A stretch of 64,000 bases of DNA from NCBI RefSeq assembly GCF_000315625.1, contig NW_005434458.1, positions 1 to 64,000 on the forward strand, read 5' to 3'. This DNA is from Guillardia theta CCMP2712. Lineage: Eukaryota > Protista > Cryptophyta. Shown here one piece after another: positions 33,483 to 46,296 of the stretch (positions within the stretch are counted from its first letter, which is position 1; each line of letters begins with the position of its first letter). Under the pieces are notes generated by a model that was given only the letters and a program-made list of their open reading frames with translations, was not told where the DNA came from and searched no databases. Position numbers and translations under genes: made by a program.

Positions 33483-36400
33483 TCAGGACGCTGGAGAGTA
33501 GAGATCGTCACATACAGGATGTAGCGCTTGCTGGGAAGGCTGAGGAGCGAAGTGATAGCCCTCCTGCCTCAGGTGCTTCTCCATGGTAAGGAAATCGTTG
33601 AGTTGCCCGACCACTCTCCTGCCCGACTGTGAGAACAGCTCCACAAAGATCTTCTCTTCTTCACCCTCCGTCGCGCTTCCTCCCTGCAGCCTTCTGCTCC
33701 AACTGTCAGCACATGGAAGAAGAATGAGAAAGTCGCACCATCTGCTCATTCGTCATGGGGCCACTCGATCCCTGTGCACGAGGCTGAGCTGAGACGGGAG
33801 GGAGGACGTGAAAACCCACCATGCTCTGAAGCGGCTGGGAAGTTTGCTTCGTGATAGGCCCGCTCGAACTCTGGCGAGGAACGTGAGAAGACCAAAGAGG
33901 GGAGCAGGACGACAAGTACCAGGTGAGAGGAGGGCTGAGAAGTCTGGAGGGTGATCGGTCCACTAGAAGCCTGTCAGGCAGGATGAGATCGGCTTCTCCA
34001 AGACTCCAAGAAGCTCAGCCGTTGAACTTACGTCACTTCCCAATGGCTGACTTGTCTGACGAGTTATCGGCCCACTGGAGCTCTGAGTAGGAAGTCACGG
34101 CCGGACAAGAGACGCCCACAAGCGTCAACCTCACTGTCAAATGGCTGCGACGTCTGCTGAGTGATGGGCCCCCCACTGCAGGCTGTCAGACCACATGGAA
34201 GGAGAACTACAAGCGAACCTGCTCATGCTGTCCAATGGCATCTTAGTGTCCTTCGACGCCGGTCCTCCCCAGCCTGCAAGAATCCGACGGTCAGTCCGCG
34301 CGTTCACTGGACAGTCGATCCTCCTTCTCACCCGCTTCGTTATCTCCTGGGCCGGCATCTACCGTCTGCACTGACGCTGGTCCACCCCAGCCTGTTGACC
34401 TAGTGAGTAGCGACTTGAGACGCGTATCTCTTGCACCAGCTTCGTTGTCTCCCGGACCCGCTTCCACAGTCTGTACAGATACAGGGCCACCCCATCCTGA
34501 CCCTCCAACGTCATCCACTTCGGCTTCCGAGCACAAGCATCACCTGCTTCGTTGTCGCCTGGCCCGGCGTCCATGGTCTGAACCGAGGCGGGCCCTCCCC
34601 ACCCTGCGATGAACAAGGGAAACACGAAACGAGTCAGCCCAAGAGATGCGACAAGATGCACGTCAAGCTTCCGAAAGCTCTCTTTGACTTTATGCTCACC
34701 AGCTTCATTGTCGCCAGGACCTTTGTCAATCGTCCGAGTTGAGGCTGGACCCCCCCATTCGACCTGAAAGCATCGTCAGGAATTGGTTGAGATCGACTTG
34801 AATACTCTACCTCCATGCTTGAGCTAGCAAGCTTCTGTGGCCGAATGCTCTTGCTCACCCTCCTGCTCCGACCCATCAGACTCAGTGGCACTGCAGCGAC
34901 TTCTTGTCACTTGAGTATCTTCCCCTCAATCTGCTTGCAGTTTGGCGTGTTGCAGTCCAGCAGGGCCTGCAGATAAACTTGACGAGAGAACAGACGAGGG
35001 GCAAAGGCACATACCTGGCTCAAGGTGGAGTCCATTCCTGGTATAGCTTCTCTCAAAGACTTCTGCTTCTGCTGTGCCGATTGATTCGCAGTGCCAGCCT
35101 GTGGGGGGTGAAGGCATCAAGACATACTCAATCTGTACTTTTTGATCATTCACACCTTCTGTTTCGATGCTTGTTTTAACATCTGCAGGGGAAGTCAAAC
35201 GTTTTGATCTCAGACTTACAACTCCACCTTGAGCTGCCTCTCCTTCGCCAGAGCATTCTTCGCCTTCAACACAGAGAAGTTTGGAAAGTACGGCTTCTTC
35301 ACTTCATCCCATCTGGGGGCAGCGGCTAAGAAAGGAACAGGAAGGAATCAGGTACCTTTTCGCTCCATTGTCGCCAACATAATAATATCGCATGCTGACT
35401 GGGTCGTAGTGCCTGGTCCACTTGACCTGGAGGTCGTCAAGAGACTCAAGATGATCGGGAGACCTTACTGGTATGCTTTGTGCCTCAGGTTGTGCCCGAG
35501 GCAGCTGAGACTGACTGTCAGGCCTCGTGACCAGCTGCTTCGATTCATCATGCTCCACTTCCTGCGCCTGTTGTGCTTCTTCCTGATGAACCTGCTCGGC
35601 GTGGGCCACTTGGACAGCTCTGTGTGCCGCGTGGCGGTGTAAGGACTTCGTGATCGAGACGGCACCATGAGGACGCTTCACTTCATGTTTCATAGGCATG
35701 GTTGACTGCCTGCAAGTCCTACAGTTCACCACCACATGTCGCGGACGAGCCACAAGCGCCCACCTGCGTGATAGCTTGTTCTCAGCTCCGCTGCTGCCCA
35801 GGGAATCAAAGAACGAGTCGAAATCCTTGGAAGCCTAGTGGCACATAAGCGGCGCATCCACAAACGTCACCTACGACAACCTCCTGGGATGACAAGGCTC
35901 CCTGATCCCCGAGGTAGTACTGCGACAACTCTTGGAGTCTCCCAGGGGTCTGCAACGTCAAACTGAGGTCAGCTTTGCGGAGCCGCGTCACCACCATCAC
36001 CTTGGATCTGTAGTTTGCTGGAATGAAGCTGGGCTCACCGTTGAAGGCGATGGGATACCTACCAAGCTCTCCCTGCAAGAACGTTGAGCAGCGTCTTCCA
36101 CCATATCCGTCTGCCAACCTGGGCAGGACCAGAAACAGAGCTCGGCCAGACGTCGGGGCCTCGGGCTGTCTCTGCCTCAGCTCTCCTTCAACATACCAAG
36201 ACCTTTACCTGGATACGCATTGAGACTTGCTGGTCCCGGGCCATTGTAGATCGCAGTTGACTGCACATCAGTGTCATATCCAACTCTCGGTGGTTTCTGT
36301 TCCCCTTACCTTGGCCCCTCCCTCGTCCTCAGCCCTCGAGTTTTCCTCCAATGCTTTCGCCGCACACATGAGAGGATCTGCTCACGGATAAGAGAATACA

Positions 36401-36984
36401 CTAAGAGAGCAGCTGGATCAATCGGCAACCTTGCATGCACTCCTTTGTCGGCGGAGTCTGCTCGTTCAAGTATCCATGCAGACATTCAGGGCTCTGTGTG
36501 TGTGTCAGACATCAAGTTACATTCAAATGACGTTCTCTTCTCCATCATACCTCCGCGTCCCAATCTCTCCAAGACCCAAAGACAGGTTTGCACTTGCTTG
36601 CTAACGAAGTCTACCAGGAGTGAGATTGATCAACCAAGACACCATTTTCACCTTAGAGCTTGCAGAAGATAAGCTTCGGGATAGAAGGATAAGGCCAAGC
36701 GCAGACAAAGCGAGGCAGCAGATGATCTTGTGCTGTATATTGAATCACGTCATCTCAATTGCCAGGATCCTTTCAACATCCCACAGCATCGAGACTCACA
36801 CATAGCAATTCACTGCCCCAACTCCGATACCGTGTTGAATTCGTTTCTGCTCTCCTTCCTGCTGACAGCATCTTTCTTGTCTTATCCTCCCTCTTCTCTT
36901 CTATCCATCTCCTCCTCTGAATTCTTCTTCCATCCTTCTTCTCCATCCTCGTCGCTCACTTACCATCATCTTGTTCCTCGCCAT
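33483..36984 (-). CDS. Multi-exon hypothetical protein: N-terminal signal anchor, WW-like motif, exon-encoded peptide repeats
   Basis: Hydrophobic IICCLALSALGLILLS (~36680-36730); WTRHYDPVSMRYYYV (~35375-35425); repeats GWGGPxSVQTxxAGPGDNEAG and GPITxQTSQP(L/F) at 33830-34610. Exon structure approximate. Confidence 0.5.
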
Positions 36985-38949
36985 GCCGCGAAGAGCCATA
37001 GCGCTCAACCCCCCGCCTCAGTCAACCTTCGCTCAGTCTCCTCAGGTTCACCTTGATCATCTGGAGACAACCTACCCCATCATTTGAAGCTCTTTTTGAG
37101 TATATAGTACCCCTACTTGATACAACCCACCCCTGATCTGTCCTCAACTGATCGCTGCCCAATCAAATTTCTTTGATGCTTCCTAATACATCAAAGAAAA
37201 CCTTCTTAGACCTCTGAGGTCAGCCCAGAAAACTCTCTTCTGAGGCGAGCTGGTGAAGTTAAAACATTATTGAATAAATCATTTTTGATTATACATCTGT
37301 TTTAACTTCACCAGCTCGCCTCAATGAAGCGATAGCAATAAGCAATGAACTACCCACCATCTCCAACAATCGAACATGCAAAAGTACCCCTTCTTCTCTA
37401 TTCCTCAACCCCCACATTTCATACCACCCCACTGTACACCACCACTCTTGTCCCCCAAGACCCTCTAAGTGTCGCAAACGGCATTTTTTTTTAAATGACC
37501 CTACACGCCAACGACAACCCTACGGTAGCAAGTACCACCCCCTTTTTCTCTTTTGCCTACCCCGTGGTCTCGCTTTCCCCAACAGATAAAGTCTTTGTTG
37601 GTAAAAAAGAAACACCCACCCTTGCTATTGGGGAAAACAACCCCTACAAGTACCCCTGATGTAAAAGCTATGGCGGTGACCCCCCATCCCCTCTCGATCT
37701 CTGGTAGTTTTTCCCTATTTCTGAACGAATGTGGATACCTACCCCACCCCGTGGTTTGATGGGCTGGACGCACCCGTCTTCAACTGCACCAATAGAAGAA
37801 CTCTCCAGATTCCATTCTGCCGTTCCAAAGGCAGTTGGCGTCCCATTCTCACCATGATTTACTCAACTGTAAAAGGTAAAATGATCTTCTTCGGAAACTG
37901 TATCAAAATTTAACACATTTTATAACTTGACTGAAAAAGGTCGGAGTGATATGATACACACTCTCTCTATATATTTGAAATTAAGTATTTATTTGATACT
38001 AATATAAGTCAATATACACTCAAATATTTCATCTATATTGAATCCTACAATACTTGTATAATCCGCCAACTGGACGTGTATGAGTTCTGCAATGCCGGGT
38101 TGTGTGTCAGTCCGAACGGATGGAGGGAGAACGAGAGCAGGAGGAGGAGGATGTGGGGAGGAGAGGGAGCAGGATAGAAGAGACGAGCGGAGCAGAGTGC
38201 TGGAGTGATACAAGAACAGCTGTCAGACTTCGTCCTGAGCTTGAGAAGCGCTTGTCATGTGGTTGGATGAAAACGTGTGTCGCATGAGTCGCATCCGTTG
38301 CTGTCACGAGGAATGGCGGAAGGGACAGTGAGGCGAGGAGTGGAAATGAACTTGATTACGATCTCTATTATGTTCTTGCATCAAGTTTTGGTGTTCGCGA
38401 AGGTGTTATCCACGCAACGCACCATTGTTGCATCCACAAAGTACATTACTACGTTGTTCTGCTGAGGATGATCTATAGCTAGATAAGCAGCAGATAATTC
38501 TCAAGGTCGCCTTGCACTGAAGCGTCTTAGTTTAGCCCAGTTCCTTGCCATAGACTTGATATCATCGCGCTATGCTCTTCTGCATTGATCGCCTTATGGC
38601 CTCCGCAGCTGCCACAGTTTGTGATGGTTTCTTGCAGGGTAGCCCACTTGTTGACACCAGAGGCTCTCGGTGTGCAGATGGAAATGGCCAGCGACTCGTC
38701 CAGGTGATGTTCTAGCACTACATTGACCCTGGATAGCATGTCAAGAAGCTGACATGGCTCGTAGTGTTCTAGACGACTCAGTCTGCAACAGCAGCCCGGA
38801 AACAGCCAACAACACTATGTTTTCTTCATTGAGCCAACGTTTGCAAAGGGGAAAGGTAAGATAATCAGTCATACATGTTGAACTGCTGGATCTCTTTGCG
38901 GATGTTGCGGCCTGATGACTTGTGAATGAGCAGGATGAGCTCTCTGCCT

Positions 38950-41310
38950 ACCTCAATCGCAATCATGTGCAGGTACAATGCTCAAGAAATCATCACCCTC
39001 TTGCTTGTCCTTGACGTCTCGTTTCTTGTCATCACAGAGTGCTGGATTGCAGTCTAATTTTCGCCGGAGCTTGCCTGTTGAATCTCCCCTAGAATCGTAC
39101 GGCAAGAAAGGGCGCGACTTGCTGCTTTCTGCGCAGAACCTAGTCAGTTTCATATCTCCGACCTCGAAAGAAGGGTATTCTTCCAAGAACGAAGTCTCCT
39201 CCTCAGATCTTATCCTCCGCATCGAAAATTTGGAGGTTTTAGTCGTTCCTTACCTGCTTCAGTCCTGACCTCAGGCATAGACAAGAAATGCCAGACTTGA
39301 AGCTGAAATTCAAGAGAAGGTAGAGTGCTCGATTGAACTGAATTTGTTGAGTTGAGATGCTCCTTTGACAGAACAAACTGCTTCATGAGCAGCGACTTGA
39401 TATATACAGGAGGTCAGAAGTTGTTGCGTGAAAGTGACTCTTTGGTGTAACTCGTGGCAACAGACGTGAAGAGGAGGAAGACGTGCGAGAAGATCTCTTG
39501 AAGCGATGTCGCGTCGCTGAGGTACTCAGAGGTGTCGATTGTGATCTTATCTGATCTGAATTCAGGCTTTGCGAGATGAAGCTCTCGATTCTTTTGATGA
39601 AGCAATATCGCAATTGAAAGTAAGACTGTGGTTTATCATGGTCATTTTTGATAATGCCTTCGATCAGTTTTTGGAAAGGAAGTTCAAAGATGAAGCTTTG
39701 AGAGCGGATGAAGAATTGCAGAGGGTACAAGAAGAGTCAGGTATGCGCGATGCCAGACATGTGGATCTGCTTACAGATCGGGACAGATAATCTTTTAAGC
39801 TCCAAACAGCTTGCGATGGAAGCTATGAAGTCCACCCTACAGGTTAGCTAGCCGTACACTTGTAATCTTCGACATGCACATGACCGTCTACTTAGCGCGA
39901 AATTGAGGAGTTGAAATCAAAATGTGCTGAGCATAGTCTCACCATCCAAAAGCTTCAGGACGAGAGCAAGAAGGTTGTTTTGATAGTTGTCAATCCAATG
40001 GTGACAGGTGCTTTGGTCCAGGAGGAGTACGAGAAGCTGCAGAAATTGAGCGAAGATCAAGCAAAGCAAATCGAGTCACTCAGGACCGAATTGAAGAAGG
40101 TTGTCGTAATGACCACAGACTCAGCACTTGACTTACATTTTGATTCATCACAGGCTGACAACTTCTATCTTTCTCGTGCAAAATTTGATGCTCGACTTCG
40201 CGGTTGTGATTTTACAATATGCAAGCACATGGGTTGTTGATATTTATTTAGAGGAGGCGAAGAAAGCCAATGAAGAGAAAGAGGCCCTTCAGAGCATGGT
40301 TGACTCTCTCAAGGCCAGAGAAAAGTGGGATCGTGTCAATGTTGCTGTAGTGGCAGCCTCTGAGCGTTTGACAGCGAGCAGCATGGCATCATGAAGAAAC
40401 AGATAGAATACATCTTGGACAGGGTAATGCGAACAGATGCTTCGTCACTTGCTTTCAGAGAGTTGACTTGACATGTTCAGGTCCAAGGATCATTACTCGA
40501 TTGTATCGCCGTGCAAGATTGCGATGGCAAGGTACTGAGGATGATTCATCTCAAATGGATCACTTCATGCTGAAACTTGACGTAGGGATTAGAGCTGGTC
40601 GAGATGCTTCGTTCGGAAAATGTGTGTGAACTGCAGTGAAGCCTCTGATTTGTAATCCTTGCACTCTTCAGAGCAAGCTCACAGCAGACTTGTCCGCTCT
40701 GACTGATCAGGTAAAATGTGATAATTTTTCGTTCCTTCTAGGCCTAAATCGTTTAAAGTTGGAGGGAGAAAGACGGGGTCTTCAAGGCGAAGCCTCCAAG
40801 GTCAAGAGTTTTCTTCGTAGAAACGTAAAAAAACAATGTCTGACACGAATGGTGCAGAATATATCCATGAAACGAGAAATAGAAGCGCTGCGTAGTGATC
40901 AGAGCAAGGTCTGCATGATCTGTGGATGATACGATGAGGCTAAGCCTTTCAATCAAGCTCGTCTTGGAGAAAGAAGCAATGAGCAACAAGATCAGCAGGT
41001 ATGTCTTTTTTTTTTTCCTGGCTCCCAAGCGAGTACCTTTTGACTCGTTTCCAGTCTTGAGGTGGAATTCAACGAGCTACGAAGCAATTTCTCCGAAGTG
41101 AAGTATCTTGCTGATCAACGGAGGAAGGTAAGGGATGGTGTTCGAGGACTAGTTCTCATGTTGACTTATCGGTTTAGATCCTTGAGTCAACCTTGGAGCG
41201 GTTGTCGATGAAGGCGACGGCGGAGGATAAGGAGGAGAAGGCGCGGAAGGAGTGGGAGGCAGAGGTTGTTGCTCTCCAATGTGACCGCCAGTGTTTGAGA
41301 TGAGGCAACT
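38950..41310 (+). CDS. Multi-exon coiled-coil protein (start uncertain)
   Basis: Many short exons with E/K/L heptads (EEYEKLQKLSEDQAKQIESLRTELKK; ILESTLERLSMKATAEDKEEKARKEW) separated by ~50-bp GT-AG introns. Confidence 0.6.
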
Positions 41311-44100
41311 CAGCATAACAAGCTTCAAGCTCACCTCGCTATCGTCGCGCTTCCTCCCGTGGGCCCGTGCATTCATGCCAAGGTAGTCGTAGCTGCTGCT
41401 GTGGGGGAGGTTGTGACCTCGTTCAAGGGCGGAGCTGCTGGAGGAGCGACTGACATCGCGATTGAGCATGAACCCGAACTGCCGGAGATTGTTCCCTTCA
41501 AGGTTTGTGATGTCGTGATGGTACCCGTGTGAAGAGCTGATCTCGTGGCAGAATGAGAAAGGAACGATGATCGCCATTACAGCGTCTTTCATGGGGTACG
41601 TCGCTCTTCAGACCCCTTGAGTTGCTCGTGTCTGACTGGCGTGCAGTCGAAAACGGCGCAGAAACGTGGATGAACCTGTTGAAAACGATATGAATGAACC
41701 AGAACGAAAGTCTCAGGTCAGTCTCCTCTGATGTTTCTCTCTTCTGCTAATGTCCACGGTATCAGAACGAATCAGGGTCGTGGCTGGGAAAGATCTTCGG
41801 GAAGTAGATGTCTGATTCATGTTTGTACCATTTAAGCCTTTCTGTATGTAATTCCCCGACATGGCCCCGAACTTCATGTCTTGTGCGATAATTTTGAACG
41901 CCAGCGGCGCAAACGATTTTCTTTGTAAACGAAAGTTACAAGTTGGTTGGAGGAACCCGATTCCGCCGCGACACTCGCTGGCCTTGTCGCCCTCCCCCTG
42001 TTCAGCAAGTGAGAAGGAGAGTCGGCGATGACAGCGCGACCTGACGGCTGTTGCATGCATGATGTGTACCAGGCCTCTACCTCCTCTCCTCTTCTCCTGC
42101 CATGCACGTTCAAGGTCTCAGCATCAGATTCACCTCTTCACCTTCGGTAGCGATAGACTGAACCATCGCAGAGCCCGTTGTACATGCCGTCAGGACATCG
42201 ACTGACGGCGCTCCTGCTCAGAATAATGAGACAAAGGGAGGAGGAAAGGAGGAGCGCGAGACCTTCCGGGCGAGATGTCATCGCATACCACTTGGGACCC
42301 TCCTTGTTGAAGGAACGACAGCGCCATGGGGTTGCGAACTTGGCAGTACATGCTGAGCACGGGAGGAGAGTCAGCCTCGTCGGGCATGTTCTTGCAACCT
42401 GTCGAGAGTCGAGTCGCCCTTGGCGCATCTGGCGGAGCAAGACTTGTAGAATTCTCTATGAGGACGTTAGGCTCGCCTCAGGGGAGCGGTAGGCTGAACC
42501 TGACGCGGCTCGCCATCTCCGGCTTGTACCTGACGCAGTAAGTGTCATGTCAGAGATCAAACAACTAGTGTCATGTCAGAGATCAAACAACTAGTGTCAT
42601 GTCAGAGATCAAACAACTAGTGTCATGTCAGAGATCAAACAACTAGTGTCATGTCAGAGATCAAACAACTAGTGTCATGTAGGAGATCAAACAACTAGTG
42701 TCATGTCAGAGATCAAACAACTAGTGTCATGTCAGAGATCAAACAACTAGTGTCATGTCAGAGATCAAACAACTAGTGTCATGTCAGAGATCAAACAACT
42801 AGTGTCATGTAGGAGATCAAACAACTAGTGTCATGTCAGAGATCAAACAACCAGTGTCATGTAAGAGATCAAACAACCAGTGTCATGTAAGAGATCAAAC
42901 AAGACAAGTTACCAGAAGTTTCCATCGCCAACTCGCTTCGAAGCTCGCTTGATAGCTCCTGCTCCTGGTGTATTGCTGTCGCAATGCTGCCCGTCGCCTA
43001 AAATAGAATCATCATTATCATTCACCCTATCCTATCAGTTACACCAACCTTGAAGCCAAACCCTTGCAATGTCGTTGGACATGAGACACCTCAAGGACAA
43101 GCAGATCAACACAGCGCAAACAGAGGAAGTGAAGCTCTTACATATCCAGCGAGCTCTGGTAGGTGTCTGCGTCATCAGCGCATGTTGGCACACAAGTCCG
43201 GTAGAACTGACGTCGAATGTCACAAGGGCACGCGAGAGGAGAGAAAGGGGGTGAAAAGATGAGAGGTTGGGGAGAGGAAGGGGGGTGGAAGGAAGGGGGG
43301 TGGAAGGAGAGGGAATGAGGAGGCAACTGGAGGGGGGTGGGGTGGGTTGGAAAGGGACAGGAGAGGGAAGGGGCGAGTTTTACCTCTCGGACAGCTTCCC
43401 TGTCTTTCGGGTGGTACCAGAAGTTGCTGAAGCTATCCTGCGAGACATACTGAGACAAGGCAGGTCAAGTCTTGTACTTCACTTCGCTCTTTCTCAGGAT
43501 TTTCGCTCCTTGCCACAAGTGTCACGAGAGAGCAACCACGGGTAAGTTACCTGGCATGTTGGGGGCACACATGACCCAGGAGTGTCGGAGGAGGTAGGCG
43601 TAGGCATACTTGTTGCCCATCTGCCTTCTCTCAGTCGTCGTCGATCAAGAGAGATCTCACCTGGCATCGACGCGCCTCCGCATCATACATGTCTTCTTGA
43701 TTCGCGCACATCGACCCTGCGCAGCATTACACGCGAACATCGAGGAGCTCGAGCACCAGCTGGAATGAGATGCCCGACTCCGACCTTGTCATCCTTGAGG
43801 AAGATCTGCAAGGCGATGAGATCAGCAAGGCGATGAGATCAGCAAGGCGATAAGATGAGCACTTCAGCTTCACCGTATCCTACCTGCATGGTGGAGAAGA
43901 CGAGGCCGACGACAAGCACCAGGCCTAGGATAGCGATCGGCTGCCCCTGGCTCAATGCCGACTGAAAATGAAGTCATGGGGATCAGAAGAGGGTCGACCG
44001 GTAGGGCTTGCCTGCCATACTCGAAGGTAGTCCTGCAACGAGCGGAGGAAGCGCCGCGTCTGCCAGCAGAGTCACCCCCCTCACACGACATGTTCATGTG
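41310..44100 (-). CDS. Multi-exon hypothetical Cys-rich protein with N-terminal TM segment
   Basis: Exon IAILGLVLVVGLVFSTMQ (~43885-43945) and exons CPCDIRRQFYRTCVPTC and RCPDGMYNGLCDG. Boundaries approximate. Confidence 0.4.
42541..42902. repeat. 26-bp minisatellite (AGTGTCATGTCAGAGATCAAACAACT), ~14 copies, probably intronic
   Basis: Head-to-tail units with a few variant copies and no spacers. Confidence 0.97.
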
Positions 44101-44539
44101 TAAGAAGAGATACCTGCATGACGAGGGTAGTTGAGCTTAATGATAACGCTCACTCATCTCCACCGTCTCCTTTGAAAGCTGCAAGGAGAAGAATAAGCTC
44201 TTAAACACACTTCTTGTCTGCATGGACTTCTAGCTAGCTCTCTTGCTTGTCTCTTCTTGTCTCTCCCAGTCGCTCCTACGCCATACCGACGTGTCGGTCG
44301 GAGCAATCCATCAGGGGGTTTAGTGAGGTTCAGTTTTATTAATATAAAGTTTAGTTATAGTTTAGCTCTTGAACCTCGTTGGAAAGGAGCCAGTGCTGTA
44401 GATCGGAACATGGAGAGGAGCGGAGAGGAGCGGAGAGGAGAGGAGAGGAGAGGAGAGAGGAATTCATAAGTAGGTGGAGCAGGAACTTTGCCATGCCCAA
44501 ATCTCTCCTGGGTTGATCAAGGACGGGAAGACAAGAGAC

Positions 44540-45642
44540 ATGCAGCTTAGGCTTGGACTTGCGTTATTCGTTCTCCTCCTTCTCTCGCTCGCTTCTGGTC
44601 GGTCTGCCCTCAAGGTCACTCGCTATGAGCCAAGAGGCGTCACCAGGAATGCTTCGCTCGCAGCTTACAGGAGGCACGAGGTCAACACTAGCCTGGTAAG
44701 CTCGATGACGACAGCAGTCCTCTCCATACCGAGATCACTTTCCCGTGTCTTCTTGCATCAAATGCATCAGAATTCATCGACGATGATGCGAGAAGAGACG
44801 TCGAGCTTGGACTATTCTCATCGTTATGAGAGGGTGGAGTGGAGCGAGAGCAGCACGTTTGTTCGGTCTGAGACGCATGCGCAAGTCAAGTCCAACATGG
44901 TCAGGACGGTAGAGCATCAACACGTACAGCACACGCAAATCCGCCACGAAAGTTTCTCCTCAAAAGTCTCCTCTCAAGTCTCCTCCTATGGTACCAGCTC
45001 CTCCTATGGTACCAGCTTGTCGCGGTCTCGTGAAGCTTCTGGATATGCAGCGAGTAAGGTCAGGAGCGGCGAGGTTTTGAGCCTCGAGGACGGGCAGGAC
45101 AAGGAGAGCGCGAGAGAAGGAGGTAGAAGACATGCTTCCCTTGCTCTGTTTCATTTGACGGCCCTTACAGTCTCTTCTTCAGCAAAGAAAATGTTGGAGG
45201 AAGAGATGGCATGTGGCAAATCAGCTTGTAGACCTTTGAGAGCACAACAGAACAGCCTTGCTCATCCGGAGCCAGCAACACAGCAACACAGCCTTGCTCA
45301 TCCGGAGCCAGCAACACAGCAACACAGCCTTGCTCTGCCAGAGCTGGCGAAGCAACAAGCTTCTCCTGTTTCATCTCCCAACAACGATGCGCTCAAGAGC
45401 AACGAGACGCAGCCAGCAGGTGAAGCAAGTTGTCATGTTCTATCACTCTGCATCACTCAGTCTCTCTCTTTTCAGATGGCAGAGTGCGTTTGCTGGGTCG
45501 TAAGTTTGCAAGTTTGGTGAACCTGTCCTCACGGGAGCTCTTTAGCATGTATTGGACCAAGGTGTTAGCAACAGTTCTCATGTGTGTTTTATTCTTTTAC
45601 TCTCCGTTACTCTTCTTGGATGACGATCGCGATGTTGCATAG
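44540..45642 (+). CDS. Hypothetical secreted/membrane protein, Ser-rich, with QQ(H/N)SLAHPEPAT repeats
   Basis: Signal peptide MQLRLGLALFVLLLLSLASG; 36-bp tandem repeat ~45245-45345; probable intron ~45420-45476, then hydrophobic C-terminus VLATVLMCVLFFYSPLLFL. Confidence 0.6.
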
Positions 45643-45754
45643 CAAGCTATGTTAAAGTATGTACAAGTCTTTTTACTTGCAACTCTCCGACAGTTCCGCC
45701 CGCACTCAATCGTCATCTCGATCGAGATATCACCCGAAACATTCTTGTCATGAT

Positions 45755-46296
45755 ACCCAGCATATCAAAAGCAATTTGTGACGTCCTTGAAAAAGGCACC
45801 TTTTGAATGATCGTGGCAAAGAGTGGCTGGTCTTGCATTTGAGAGGAGGAACTTCAACGCAGTGGGCCGCCTGTCCTTACCGACAAGAGGAGGTTGAGAC
45901 TGTCACACGTAGAAAGGTGCTGATTATCGTGAAGATTGGAATCGAAACACAACCATTCTGCGTTTTCGGGCAGGATAGTGGTTGTTAGTAAACTCTATCA
46001 AGGCAACTGTGGATGTGAAAAGAAGCGTTGGCCTTCAGCAATCAAAGCAAGGCACACGTGCTTTTCTGTGGTCAGCTTGCTGGTAACTTGAAATATCTAA
46101 AGAGCAACAAGATAGATTAGTACAGGTGATCCTCTCCATTCGCTCCCGCTAGCATACACAAAGAAGATCATCTCATCTTATCATCGCTGCAATGAATTTT
46201 AAGACTTGATGTATTCCATTCGCGCACGATCTTCAATTCGTCTGTCCTAAACTCACGTGCATCCTAGTGACTTGATGAAGTCTCGATTACAGTCTT
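45755..46296 (+). repeat. ~540-bp direct duplicate of 49523-50070 (3' end of the REase-like gene plus flank); pseudogene fragment
   Basis: Near-identical from ACCCAGCATATCAAAAGCA to GATTACAGTCTT, with scattered substitutions and small indels. Confidence 0.92.

Noticed and set aside
41149-41300. Pro-rich (PPTPSAPSPPYPPP) tail on the minus strand
   Set aside because: Better explained as the antisense of a plus-strand coiled-coil exon (ILESTLERLSMKATAEDKEEK..) with a proper splice acceptor.
42541-42902. CRISPR-like array
   Set aside because: Units are contiguous with no unique spacers, no cas genes are present, and the context is eukaryotic; it is a minisatellite.
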